20,000 bases of DNA from an uncultured virus (IMG/VR IMGVR_UViG_3300009432_000684). Taxonomy: Duplodnaviria; Heunggongvirae; Uroviricota; Caudoviricetes. The notes beneath the pieces were generated by a model. It was not told the DNA's origin. It did no database searches and saw only the letters and a program-made list of their open reading frames with translations. The stretch's first letter is position 1; each line of letters starts with the position of its first letter. The position numbers were made by a program, and so were the translations under genes. Below, in pieces: positions 1 through 9,001 of the stretch. The stretch lies in IMG/VR virus record IMGVR_UViG_3300009432_000684. One strand, given 5' to 3'.

Positions 1-3000
1 GAAAGATCGTTATAAGCTACTGAATAAACTGTTTTAAGTTCACCTGTTCTATCTTTAATTTTAGGAGGTTGTGCTGTTCCTAGTACGTCATTGTATGTAT
101 CATTAAGAGCGTTAACTGTAGCTCCAAGTTGACCCGATGGTGATTTAAGATCTGTAAATGCTGCACCAAACGACGGAACTGCTTTTATCAAAGAATTATT
201 AACTAACGTTGATGTATCGCCAATTAAATCAGTACTTTGAATTCCTTCAAATCCATCGCCAATGTCATCAACAAAGTCTTTTGCTGAAAAACTATTGCCA
301 GCAAATTTATTTGCCATTTGATTAGCTGTTGTTCCTGAACTAAATTTAGCTATATCTCCAGTTACATTATTCTTTAAAGATGTTATTGCTGCAGATGCTT
401 GCGAACCAGTGTTTGATAGTTTAGCAACTATATTTTGATTTATTTTAGCTGCGTTAGCTATTGAACCAGTTAAATTATTTGTTAAAGAACCTGAAGAGTT
501 TTTAACCTGTTCCATTAGTAGAGCAGCTTGATTAGTTGAACGTGTTTCTTCATTAGGGTTTACACTATTAGATTTTTGACTTTCTAGTACTTTAGCATTA
601 GTTGGTAGATCTTCTTTTAATATCGTTTTATCTACTACTTGTACTATTCCTACGTTTCCAGGAGTAGACTTTGACGATTGTCCTGGCCTTCTCATTAAAC
701 TTATTGTTTGTGTAAACTGTCCTTGTCTAAACATGCTTGATACTTTCCAAACACTGTACAATCCACTAAATTGAGGAATTACTAACGGCGTATCCATTAA
801 CGCTCCTGATTCTTGGTAATCAAAAGGAGTTCTAAAATTAACAACTACAAACACTTCGCCCCTAGTATAGGTCATTGTGCCGTCATCTGTAGTATTTGGA
901 GAAGCACCTGATTGCTTAGGAGCATAATTTCCTATTTCTTGTGGAAGAAAAAATGGGTCTCCCCAAATGTCCATTTCAACAGCAATCATATCAGTTACTT
1001 GATTCATTATTGAATCATGAAATTGTTCAGCAATTTGACGTCTGATATCAAGACTTCTACTAGCATGTGCATTACCCGATGCTATTACTTCAACAACAGT
1101 TGCCGAAGCTTCTGTATTTAATTTCATTTTATCTGTATTGCCTGCGGCTATCGCGCCTTGGGGCAACGCATCACTAATGACTGTAGAGTTTGCAGCCTTA
1201 GATTGAGCTGCGCCTGAGTTGTTACCGTAACCAGCTAGTGCAGTTTTCATAAAGGCAGTATTAAACATGATATCAAATCTAAGTACATCTTCGTTAGAAC
1301 CTGTATATAGGTAATCGTATTGTTTAGCTGCTGCAGCTTTTAATCCTGGAGTATTCTTAGGAACTTGTCCGTTACCTAATGTTTTTGCTTCATCTGTTTC
1401 GTAAGGAATAACAGCATAAACAAAAACAGCAGGAGGTCGTCCAATTTTTTGTTCTGTTTCTTTGTTTTCATCTAGATAACAATGTGTGTCAATTCTAAAC
1501 CATTTCTTTATACCCTTATCATCACTCTCTTTGGTTGCATTGTCTTTACAATACTCACTGTTTAATAAAGTTTTTTCGATAGATTTTGTTATTTGGGCAC
1601 CTTGTTCAAATTGATTAATTCTGCCTTTAGTTCCAGTTTGTGTTGAAACAGCATCTTTTCTAATTAACTGAGATTTTGCAGGATCAGAAAGTCCGTCGGC
1701 GCCAGTATATGATCCATTCAAGCTGGACATTTTTTGGTCGCCACCTTCTGCGTCATCTTGAACTAACGTTGATTTTCCAATCTCATTCATTTGTGCAACA
1801 TCAGAGGCAAATGCTAGTAAGGTTTCAAACATATCTGTAACTGGTTTTAATCCAGTTGCACTAGTAACATTTTCTTGTCCAAACATTAAATCTTCAGTAA
1901 CATCTGCACCTGCATTAAATTGAGTTGTTTCTTCTTCCGTCATACCCTTTTCGGTCATTACTTGTTGTAGCTTTGTTGTTGTTTCAGGTTTACGTAATCC
2001 AGTTGATAGATACTTAAGAATACTATCTGGATCTTTTGGAAAGCAAATAATATAACGATCGTAGCCCGGAATAATATTAGAATCTTCCAAAGCTTCAATT
2101 CTTTTGTTCATGCTTGCTGTTAAAGATTCATTACCTGTTTGCAAAATTTCATGAACTAAGTTTCCAGGCGCATTAATGTTTGTCATAATCTTATTAACAT
2201 TATCTGATAGACCTAAATCAGTGTATGGTATTGCTTGAACATCATACTCGCAACCTTTGCCTGTTACCCGCATGTCCATTTGATTTATTTTTAAAGGAAG
2301 GTATATAGGTTTGAGAGTTGAAGGAGTTCCTGATTCGTCCCATCCAGTAAAATCAATTCTTATGCAAAAAGGACATGAGTAATAATTTTTGTATCCTGAT
2401 TCTATTGCTGCGCCAACAATTGCTTGGGGGAAGTTTCCCATCGAAAACGGTTCAATAACTTTAAAAGTAATTTTCATACCTGCGGAAACACCCGTGGCAG
2501 GGTTCGGAGCAATTAGAGCATCATGCTGAAAGTCTTCTATGAAATATTCACCGTGACCTCCACGTTCTTTTTCGTCAAGAACTTGGTATCTTTTTTCAAG
2601 AGAGCCGCCACTGCTTTTTATAACATATTTTGCAAAGCCACCGGCTTCTCTATATAAATTAGGATTATTAAATTCTTTTGCACTTAATACTCCCATAGTA
2701 AATTTATAATTATATGAACTAAAATCACGTAAAGGATTTGGAATTCTGCTTTTAGCGTTACCGCTATTAATTTCTGGCATTCCTTGCATGCGAGGGTCTA
2801 CATAGTTGTCATCAACAAACTCACTGAACGCACTTAGTATACTATTATTTTCAGCAGCTTCTCTTAGCTTAGAAAATTTACCAACAGCGCCATCCATAAT
2901 TTCGGCAGCACCTCTTTCTATTATTCTTATTTTACTATCAACTAAGCCTGCTAGCTCTGGGGCGTTATCTGTAATTCTTTTTAAACCTGCTTGAATCCCT

Positions 3001-3290
3001 TCAAAACCGTCTCCAATATCGTCGCCTAAGTAATCACTAGCATCAAACTTTATATTAGATAAGGCTGCTGTAGCTTTTTTCCCGCCAAATCCTGTTATAG
3101 AATTAATTTGGCTTGCAACATTACTATTTCCAGTAGCTGTTTTTATTGCTGCATTAGCAATAGTTCCAGGAAGCCCAGATGTAAGACTAGAAGTAACACT
3201 ACTAGCTGTAGCCCGGGCATTGTCTACCGAATTTACTGCATTTGATACTTTTGAGTCAAAGCTTTTTAGCTTAGAGATAAAGCTTGCCAT
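1..3290 (-). CDS. Large baseplate hub protein (gp27/gpD-like), truncated at the left window edge, >=1096 aa
   Basis: ATG at 3290 directly follows the stop of the gp53-like gene. Parts translated by hand: MASFISKLKSFDSK..., PNPLRDFSSYNYKFTMGVL, FKVIEPFSMG, YDYLYTGSNEDVLRFDIMFN, EMDIWGDPFFLP, FSGLYSVWKVSSMFRQGQFTQTISL. The last two resemble the C-terminal GDP / SGxYxIxxVxxxF pattern of hub proteins. No stop in the parts read; its absence from the ORF track fits it running off the edge. Confidence 0.7.
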   Translation of the reverse strand, partial: MASFISKLKSFDSKVSNAVNSVDNARATASSVTSSLTSGLPGTIANAAIKTATGNSNVASQINSITGFGGKKATAALSNIKFDASDYLGDDIGDGFEGIQAGLKRITDNAPELAGLVDSKIRIIERGAAEIMDGAVGKFSKLREAAENNSILSAFSEFVDDNYVDPRMQGMPEINSGNAKSRIPNPLRDFSSYNYKFTMGVLSAKEFNNPNLYREAGGFAKYVIKSSGGSLEKRYQVLDEKERGGHGEYFIEDFQHDALIAPNPATGVSAGMKITFKVIEPFSMGNFPQAIVGAAIESGYKNYYSCPFCIRIDFTGWDESGTPSTLKPIYLPLKINQMDMRVTGKGCEYDVQAIPYTDLGLSDNVNKIMTNINAPGNLVHEILQTGNESLTASMNKRIEALEDSNIIPGYDRYIICFPKDPDSILKYLSTGLRKPETTTKLQQVMTEKGMTEEETTQFNAGADVTEDLMFGQENVTSATGLKPVTDMFETLLAFASDVAQMNEIGKSTLVQDDAEGGDQKMSSLNGSYTGADGLSDPAKSQLIRKDAVSTQTGTKGRINQFEQGAQITKSIEKTLLNSEYCKDNATKESDDKGIKKWFRIDTHCYLDENKETEQKIGRPPAVFVYAVIPYETDEAKTLGNGQVPKNTPGLKAAAAKQYDYLYTGSNEDVLRFDIMFNTAFMKTALAGYGNNSGAAQSKAANSTVISDALPQGAIAAGNTDKMKLNTEASATVVEVIASGNAHASRSLDIRRQIAEQFHDSIMNQVTDMIAVEMDIWGDPFFLPQEIGNYAPKQSGASPNTTDDGTMTYTRGEVFVVVNFRTPFDYQESGALMDTPLVIPQFSGLYSVWKVSSMFRQGQFTQTISLMRRPGQSSKSTPGNVGIVQVVDKTILKEDLPTNAKVLESQKSNSVNPNEETRSTNQAALLMEQVKNSSGSLTNNLTGSIANAAKINQNIVAKLSNTGSQASAAITSLKNNVTGDIAKFSSGTTANQMANKFAGNSFSAKDFVDDIGDGFEGIQSTDLIGDTSTLVNNSLIKAVPSFGAAFTDLKSPSGQLGATVNALNDTYNDVLGTAQPPKIKDRTGELKTVYSVAYNDL

Positions 3291-3590
3291 TTAGAATCCT
3301 AATACTTGTTTTAGATTTGAGCCTTGTGGGCAATATATTTGTGTGCCAGCAACAAAATCAAAAATAGGGTCCTTTAACACGTCTAAATTTCTTTGTGCAA
3401 AGATCCACCATAGTTCTTTTTTGCCGTAAAGATCAAATGCTAGTAAATCAGGCCTATATGTATAAGCTGGAAGTATTTCGTATAACACATCATTTGTTGC
3501 AACAGGAATTGCAATAGGCGTTAGTATGTCTAAGTATCCTGAATTAGTTATTTCAGTATTTCCGTACGGACTAAGTTTTGAATTTGCCAT
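3291..3590 (-). CDS. Baseplate wedge protein, gp53-like / LysM-like
   Basis: 99 aa with YRPDLLAFDLYGKKELWWIFAQRN, matching the RPxxLAxxLYGxxxLxWV motif of T4 gp53-type proteins; lies between tube initiator and hub. Confidence 0.8.
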   Translation of the reverse strand: MANSKLSPYGNTEITNSGYLDILTPIAIPVATNDVLYEILPAYTYRPDLLAFDLYGKKELWWIFAQRNLDVLKDPIFDFVAGTQIYCPQGSNLKQVLGF

Positions 3591-4528
3591 TATACAAATC
3601 CCTCCTTGCCATTAACAAATCCACCTTTAGCAAACGTATTAAGATTAAACTTAGCAGTTGTTCTTCTTGAGTATTGTGGAGTTACTGTTATTGTAAACTG
3701 AGATTGTACTGGAACCATATTCTTTTCGCCTGAAGGCAGTGTTACTTCAATATAATCAACATCGGCTGGTAAGTCAGTTGTAAAGTTAGAAATTACAATT
3801 GGAATATTATTTAATACATGCGGACCGTATCCGTTTAGTCGACATACCGGAGGCGGATTACCTTGCGGAGCACTATCACCATAAAACATCTTAGTAACTG
3901 TTCTTAAAAAGTGTAATACTGCAATCCAGTATAATCCATCTTTTTGGTTTTCATTGTAAAACTCGCCTGTAATTGTTATATTGTCAACTGAGCTGTTTTC
4001 ATAAGCATTGTAAGCATAGTTTGTATGAGTTGGAACTATTTGAGAATAACTTGCACTATGCCCTAGTAGTATTGTAGGATTAAAAGGAAATACCATTTTA
4101 CCACCTGAAGTAGCGCCGGTAGTAGCTCCTAATGAATCTTCCGATTTTAAGGGTTGTAATATTGGTCCTTCTGCAATCTCATTAGGAACACTAATAGAAA
4201 CTCTCCAATCCATATTATCAAAGTTTGTATCTATGTTTTGAGAAAGTATAGCCACCGCAGCTTTTTTATCTGGGGGTGCAGCCATATACGCAAGCCCTTG
4301 CTGTGCGTTTCCTTGCATTCTAATAGAACTGCCAAAGCCTCCTGTAGTGCTTCCACCAAAGGTATTCCTTACTGCGGCTTGTGCTCCACTGCCAATTGAC
4401 CCACTTCTGTTAAAATTTCGGTCTGCAGAGAGGTTTCTATTAAAAGAACGAATAGATTGGGCGGTATTACTACTGCCTACAGCGGACGCTAGCCTGCTTG
4501 TTAATTGGTTAAAACCGTTAGTTGCCAT
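3590..4528 (-). CDS. Tail tube initiator / baseplate-tube junction protein (gp48/gp54-like, CIS tube family)
   Basis: Motifs MVFPFNPTI, ITITGEF, GNPPPVCRLNGYG, IPIVISNFTTDLP. Start moved from TTG 4537 to ATG 4528 because GGAGA (4539-4543, minus) is 10 nt upstream of 4528 but only 1 nt from 4537. Confidence 0.65.
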   Translation of the reverse strand: MATNGFNQLTSRLASAVGSSNTAQSIRSFNRNLSADRNFNRSGSIGSGAQAAVRNTFGGSTTGGFGSSIRMQGNAQQGLAYMAAPPDKKAAVAILSQNIDTNFDNMDWRVSISVPNEIAEGPILQPLKSEDSLGATTGATSGGKMVFPFNPTILLGHSASYSQIVPTHTNYAYNAYENSSVDNITITGEFYNENQKDGLYWIAVLHFLRTVTKMFYGDSAPQGNPPPVCRLNGYGPHVLNNIPIVISNFTTDLPADVDYIEVTLPSGEKNMVPVQSQFTITVTPQYSRRTTAKFNLNTFAKGGFVNGKEGFV

Positions 4529-4548
4529 TATTTTCAAATCTCCACTAG

Positions 4549-4554
4549 TATTTA
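4549..4554 (-). promoter_or_regulatory. Late-promoter core (ACTAAATA variant of TATAAATA) for the baseplate operon
   Basis: TAAATA on the minus strand just upstream of the RBS of the tube-initiator gene; a gp55 homologue is encoded next door. Confidence 0.6.
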
Positions 4555-4555
4555 G

Positions 4556-4584
4556 TTGACAAAGTTAACATAGTAGTTTATAAT
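4556..4584 (+). promoter_or_regulatory. Perfect sigma70-type promoter for gp55
   Basis: TTGACA (4556-4561), 17-nt spacer, TATAAT (4579-4584); GGAGA RBS at 4605-4609, ATG at 4614. Confidence 0.85.
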
Positions 4585-4613
4585 AGTATATATACTATAA
4601 GCCTGGAGAAGAC

Positions 4614-5465
4614 ATGAGAAAAAAGAACTATTTAAATAACAAAGATATATTGAAGCAAATACACAAATCTAAAAATACGTTTAACAGCTACACAGCGCCT
4701 GAACACGGCAACTATGATATAATCCTATTAGACGTAGATAAGATTAATATGAGAACACTTGCCGAAGCAAAGCGTAACAAAGCTAAAAGACTTAGCGGTG
4801 AAGAATACGAACGAAGGAAAATGGCTGGAGAAAAGGTAAAACAAGCTGAATGTGAAACTCCTTATAAGAGTATTACTAAAGAAGAGATTATCTTTAGAGT
4901 TATGACATTCGATCATATTCCGGAAGAGCCTGGCAGGAAGAAAAATCCAAAAACTGTTGCCGATACTAAAGAAAAATTAAACTTTCCTCCTTTTGTGCAT
5001 TACAAGTACAATGACGAAGGAGAGCTAATAGTAGTTGGTAAGAGTCATTGGCAAGGTGGTATGGAAAACGGACACTATTCTAGGTCACATGGTAAAGCTA
5101 ATGATGAGTTAGCTATGATGTGGATTAAATTATGTGAAAGATACGCAACGAGAGGCAATGTACGTGGTTACACTTACAATGACGAAATGCGTGGACAAGC
5201 TATTTTACAGTTAACACAAATTGGTTTGCAGTTTGATGAGTCTAAAAGTCAAAATCCGTTTGCATATTATACAGCCGCAGTTACTAATAGCTTTGTACGA
5301 GTTATCAATATTGAAAAACGCAACCAAAACATAAGAGATGACATCTTAGAGATGAATGATCTTAATCCGAGTTATACTAGACAGCACCAAGGTGAGTGGG
5401 AAGCTAGTGTAAAACGCAACGAAGAAGCCGGTACTAGCGTTTATACTGATAAAACTTCAAAATAG
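4614..5465 (+). CDS. gp55: T4-type late-transcription sigma factor with a large insertion
   Basis: N-terminal NYLNNKDIL and C-terminal RGNVRGYTYNDEM...QFDESKSQNPFAYYTAAVTNSF match the T4 gp55 pattern (NYVNNKEL...NFSGYT...NFDETK..NPHAYITQACFNAF); directly upstream of gp47-gp46 as in T4-like phages. Confidence 0.88.
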   Translation: MRKKNYLNNKDILKQIHKSKNTFNSYTAPEHGNYDIILLDVDKINMRTLAEAKRNKAKRLSGEEYERRKMAGEKVKQAECETPYKSITKEEIIFRVMTFDHIPEEPGRKKNPKTVADTKEKLNFPPFVHYKYNDEGELIVVGKSHWQGGMENGHYSRSHGKANDELAMMWIKLCERYATRGNVRGYTYNDEMRGQAILQLTQIGLQFDESKSQNPFAYYTAAVTNSFVRVINIEKRNQNIRDDILEMNDLNPSYTRQHQGEWEASVKRNEEAGTSVYTDKTSK

Positions 5466-5468
5466 AGG

Positions 5469-5497
5469 TTGACAGGCGTACAAAAATACTATATAAT
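5469..5497 (+). promoter_or_regulatory. Perfect sigma70-type promoter for gp47-gp46
   Basis: TTGACA (5469-5474), 17-nt spacer, TATAAT (5492-5497); AGGAGA RBS at 5522-5527 before TTG 5536. Confidence 0.85.
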
Positions 5498-5535
5498 GTT
5501 ACTATAGGATTACTATAGAATAGGAGATAGTAAAT

Positions 5536-6549
5536 TTGTTTAAGAAAGCAGCAGTCTTTACAGATATTCACTTTGGATTAAAAGGGAATAGCCGTATACA
5601 TAACGATGATTGTGAAGACTTTATTGATTGGTATATAGAAACTGCAAAAGCCGCTGGTTGTGAGACTGGTATCTTTTGCGGTGACTGGCACCATAATAGA
5701 AATTCACTTAATCTTACCACTATGGATGCAACTATCCGTTCAATGGAAAAACTAGGTCAAGCATTTGATCAGTTTTTCTTCTTTGATGGTAATCATGACT
5801 TATATTACAAAGACAAGCGTGATGTTAACAGTACAGCGTTTGCAAAACATATTCCCGGTATTACTTTTGTAGATCAAATTACTACAATCGAGGATGTAAC
5901 TATTGTTCCTTGGTTAGTTGGTGATGAATGGAAACAAATTAGTGATATTAAATCGAAATACCTATTTGGACACTTTGAACTTCCTAGCTTCTATATGAAT
6001 GCGTTAGTTAAGATGCCCGACCATGGTGATTTAAAGCCTGAACACTTTAAACACCAAGAATACGTGTTTAGTGGACACTTTCACAAACGGCAGCATCAAG
6101 GAAAAATTAATTATATTGGAAATGCCTTTCCGCACAACTATGCAGATGTGTGGGATGATGATAGAGGCATGATGATATTAGATCGTGAGAACAATAAAGA
6201 GCCGGAGTTTATTAATTGGCCTGATTGTCCTAAATATCGCACAATTGGATTGAGAGCATTACTAGAAGATACTGAAAACTTAATTAAACCTAAGATGTAT
6301 TTGCGTGTTACTATTGATGTGCCAATATCTTACGAAGAAGCTAGTTTTATTAAAGAAACATTTGTTAAAGACTATCAATGCAGAGAACTTACACTAATTC
6401 CACAGAAGCAAATTGATGAAATGACTACAGACTTAGATATTTCAGCGTTTGTTAGTGTAGATCAAATCGTAGCTGGTGAAATTGCAGAACTTGATACTGA
6501 CAGTTTTGATAAAGTAACCCTTATGGACATTTATAACGGACTCGAATGA
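5536..6549 (+). CDS. gp47: Recombination endonuclease subunit, Mre11/SbcD-like metallophosphoesterase
   Basis: Phosphoesterase motifs DIHFG, GDWHH, GNHD, GHFE, SGHFH; TTG start with RBS; ATGA overlap with gp46. Confidence 0.92.
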   Translation: MFKKAAVFTDIHFGLKGNSRIHNDDCEDFIDWYIETAKAAGCETGIFCGDWHHNRNSLNLTTMDATIRSMEKLGQAFDQFFFFDGNHDLYYKDKRDVNSTAFAKHIPGITFVDQITTIEDVTIVPWLVGDEWKQISDIKSKYLFGHFELPSFYMNALVKMPDHGDLKPEHFKHQEYVFSGHFHKRQHQGKINYIGNAFPHNYADVWDDDRGMMILDRENNKEPEFINWPDCPKYRTIGLRALLEDTENLIKPKMYLRVTIDVPISYEEASFIKETFVKDYQCRELTLIPQKQIDEMTTDLDISAFVSVDQIVAGEIAELDTDSFDKVTLMDIYNGLE

Positions 6550-8318
6550 TAAAAATTAAAGACCTAACGGTAAAAAACTTCATGAGTGTGGGCAATCAAA
6601 CCCAGGCTGTAGATTTTGATCAAGCACAGCTAACACTTGTACTAGGTGAAAACTTGGACCAAGGTGGTGACGACAGTGGAAGTAGGAATGGTACTGGTAA
6701 GACAACTATCATTAATGCATTAAGCTATGCATTGTATGGTATGGCGTTGACTAACATCAAACGTAACAACCTTATTAACAAAACTAACGGCAAAGGCATG
6801 GTAGTTACCCTGCAATTCGAAAAAGACGCTACAGCCTACCGTGTTGAGCGTGGCAGAGGCCCTAATTTCCTTAAATTCTATATCAATGACAGAGAACAAG
6901 AGTTAATTGACGAGTCACAAGGTGATTCACGTAAGACACAGGAAACAATTAACGAATTACTTGGTATGAGTCACGATATGTTCAAACATATTGTAGCACT
7001 AAACACATATACCGAACCTTTCCTAAGCATGCGGTCAAATGATCAACGTGCAATCATTGAACAACTGCTTGGTATTACTATACTCACTGAAAAGTCTAAC
7101 TCTCTTAAGGATAGGATTAAAGAAACTAAAGATGCTATTACTGTAGAGACACTAAAGATTCAAGCTGTTGAAACATCTAATGAAAAAATTAAAGCAAGTA
7201 TTGAGCAACTAGCTCAACGGCAACGTGCTTGGAAATCAAAGCACCGTAAAGACAGTCAAGATCTTAGTAGTGCAATAGATGAACTAGAACATTTAGATAT
7301 TGACACTGAACTAGAATCACATGAAAAGTTAGCTAGTTGGACACAGCATAACAATACTATTTTGGCTCTTAGAAAAGAACTTAGTACATTAGAGCCTGCA
7401 TTATTACGTGCTGACAAGTCTGTAGAAAAGTTAACTAAAGATATCGCAGATCTTGAAGATGCTACTTGTTATACATGCGGTCAAGAGCTACATGCAGACA
7501 AAAAAGCAGAGATTGAAGGACGTAAAACTAAAGAACTTGCTGATGCTATTGCATATCAAAAAGAAATAGGTGATAAACTAGTTGGAGTTAGTAAAGGTCT
7601 TGAAGATATTGGTGATATTAACGGAAAGCCTAGTACATACTACGAAACTGCAAAAGAAGCATACGATCACAGAAGCAATGTAGAAAACTTAAAGGCATCT
7701 TTAACTAGAATTGCAGAAGAAGATGATCCTTACCAAACACAAATTAATGATTTAAACGACACAGCTATGCAAGAAATTAACTGGGGTGCAGTTAATGATC
7801 TAGTTAGTTACAAGGACCATCAAGAATTTCTAATGAAGCTACTTACTAACAAAGATAGCTTCATTCGTAAGAAGATTATTGATCAGAACCTAGCATACTT
7901 AAACAACAGACTTACATATTATCTCGATAAGATTGGTTTGCCGCATCAAGTACTATTTTTAAACGATTTAAACGTTGAAATTACACAACTAGGACAAGAC
8001 TTAGACTTTGATAACTTGTCAAGAGGCGAACGTAATAGGCTTATCTTAGGCTTGAGCTTTGCATTCCGTGATGTTTGGGAAAGTTTATATCAAAATATTA
8101 ATTTGTTGTTTATTGACGAGTTAATTGATAGCGGAATGGATACTGCTGGCGTTGAAAACTCTCTAAGCATACTTAAAAAGATGGGCAGAGAGCGAGACAA
8201 GAACATATATCTTATTTCGCACAAGGATGAGTTAATTGGTAGAGTTAATCATGTTCTTAGAGTTGTAAAAGAAAATGGTTACACAAGCTATGCTAATGAC
8301 TTAGATGTGGTAGAATGA
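6546..8318 (+). CDS. gp46: Recombination ATPase subunit, Rad50/SbcC-like
   Basis: KNFMSVG N-terminus, Walker A NGTGKTT, coiled coil with zinc-hook CYTCG, signature LSRGE, Walker B LLFIDE, H-loop ISH. Confidence 0.93.
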   Translation: MIKIKDLTVKNFMSVGNQTQAVDFDQAQLTLVLGENLDQGGDDSGSRNGTGKTTIINALSYALYGMALTNIKRNNLINKTNGKGMVVTLQFEKDATAYRVERGRGPNFLKFYINDREQELIDESQGDSRKTQETINELLGMSHDMFKHIVALNTYTEPFLSMRSNDQRAIIEQLLGITILTEKSNSLKDRIKETKDAITVETLKIQAVETSNEKIKASIEQLAQRQRAWKSKHRKDSQDLSSAIDELEHLDIDTELESHEKLASWTQHNNTILALRKELSTLEPALLRADKSVEKLTKDIADLEDATCYTCGQELHADKKAEIEGRKTKELADAIAYQKEIGDKLVGVSKGLEDIGDINGKPSTYYETAKEAYDHRSNVENLKASLTRIAEEDDPYQTQINDLNDTAMQEINWGAVNDLVSYKDHQEFLMKLLTNKDSFIRKKIIDQNLAYLNNRLTYYLDKIGLPHQVLFLNDLNVEITQLGQDLDFDNLSRGERNRLILGLSFAFRDVWESLYQNINLLFIDELIDSGMDTAGVENSLSILKKMGRERDKNIYLISHKDELIGRVNHVLRVVKENGYTSYANDLDVVE

Positions 8319-8527
8319 AACAGGTAGATGATGTACATGACCAGTTAGTAAAGGCATACTTGGCGTATTTTTCTGAAAACGAGAAGTTTGAAGATCGAAA
8401 CTCAGTACGTACACATCGGTCTGTTAGAAAAGCATTAAGAGATATTAGGACATTTGCAAAATTAAGAGCAGATGAAATTCACGAAAAGCACATAACAACA
8501 AGAGTAACTCACAAAGGCGACAAATAA
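8315..8527 (+). CDS. Small basic helical protein, possibly histone H1-like Hc1 family
   Basis: 70 aa, ATGA-coupled to gp46; ENEKFEDRNSVRTHRSVRKALRDIRTFAKLRADEI resembles the KF..GN.AA..RARKAL.E.....K..R..I pattern of Hc1-like proteins (recognised by eye). Confidence 0.45.
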   Translation: MKQVDDVHDQLVKAYLAYFSENEKFEDRNSVRTHRSVRKALRDIRTFAKLRADEIHEKHITTRVTHKGDK

Positions 8528-8540
8528 ACTTAGGCAACGG

Positions 8541-8546
8541 TAAGTA
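8541..8546 (+). promoter_or_regulatory. Candidate late promoter variant (TAAGTA) giving a leaderless GIY-YIG mRNA
   Basis: TAAGTA-N5-ATG(8552) with no Shine-Dalgarno; same geometry as TAAATA-N5-ATG at 18714-18725. Confidence 0.45.
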
Positions 8547-8551
8547 TACTC

Positions 8552-9001
8552 ATGCAGTGGACTTACGAAGGCAACAAGATTGACCAAATACCGGACGACT
8601 ACGAAGGATTTGTTTATCTTATTACCAACACCACTACAGGTCAGAAATACATAGGCAAGAAACTAGCAAAGTTTAAAACTACTAAGCCACCACTTAAAGG
8701 CAAGAAAAATAAACGTCGTGGAACTAAAGAAAGTGACTGGAGAGAATATTATGGCTCCAGTGATAGACTGAACGCAGACGTTGAAACACTAGGCGAAGAT
8801 AAGTTTACAAGAGAAATACTATACCTATGTAAAGGTAGGGGCGAAATGTCCTACATAGAGGCAAGAGAACAGTTTGATAGGCGTGTACTTGAAACAGATG
8901 ATTACTATAACGGTATCATAAATGTTAGAGTCGGTGGATCAGACAAACTCAAACAGGCACTGCTAGAACATCACATACAGGCAAAACATTCCAACACATA
9001 A
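8552..9001 (+). CDS. Stand-alone GIY-YIG (Seg-like) nuclease domain protein
   Basis: GFVYLITNTTTGQKYIGKK (GIY-YIG), YYGSS, FTREIL, candidate catalytic E in SYIEARE and N in YYNG; 149 aa with no C-terminal DNA-binding domain. Confidence 0.85.
   Translation: MQWTYEGNKIDQIPDDYEGFVYLITNTTTGQKYIGKKLAKFKTTKPPLKGKKNKRRGTKESDWREYYGSSDRLNADVETLGEDKFTREILYLCKGRGEMSYIEAREQFDRRVLETDDYYNGIINVRVGGSDKLKQALLEHHIQAKHSNT

Noticed and set aside
2806..4916. Short ORFs 2806-2994, 4347-4559 and 4728-4916
   Set aside because: Antisense to the hub, tube initiator and gp55 genes respectively.
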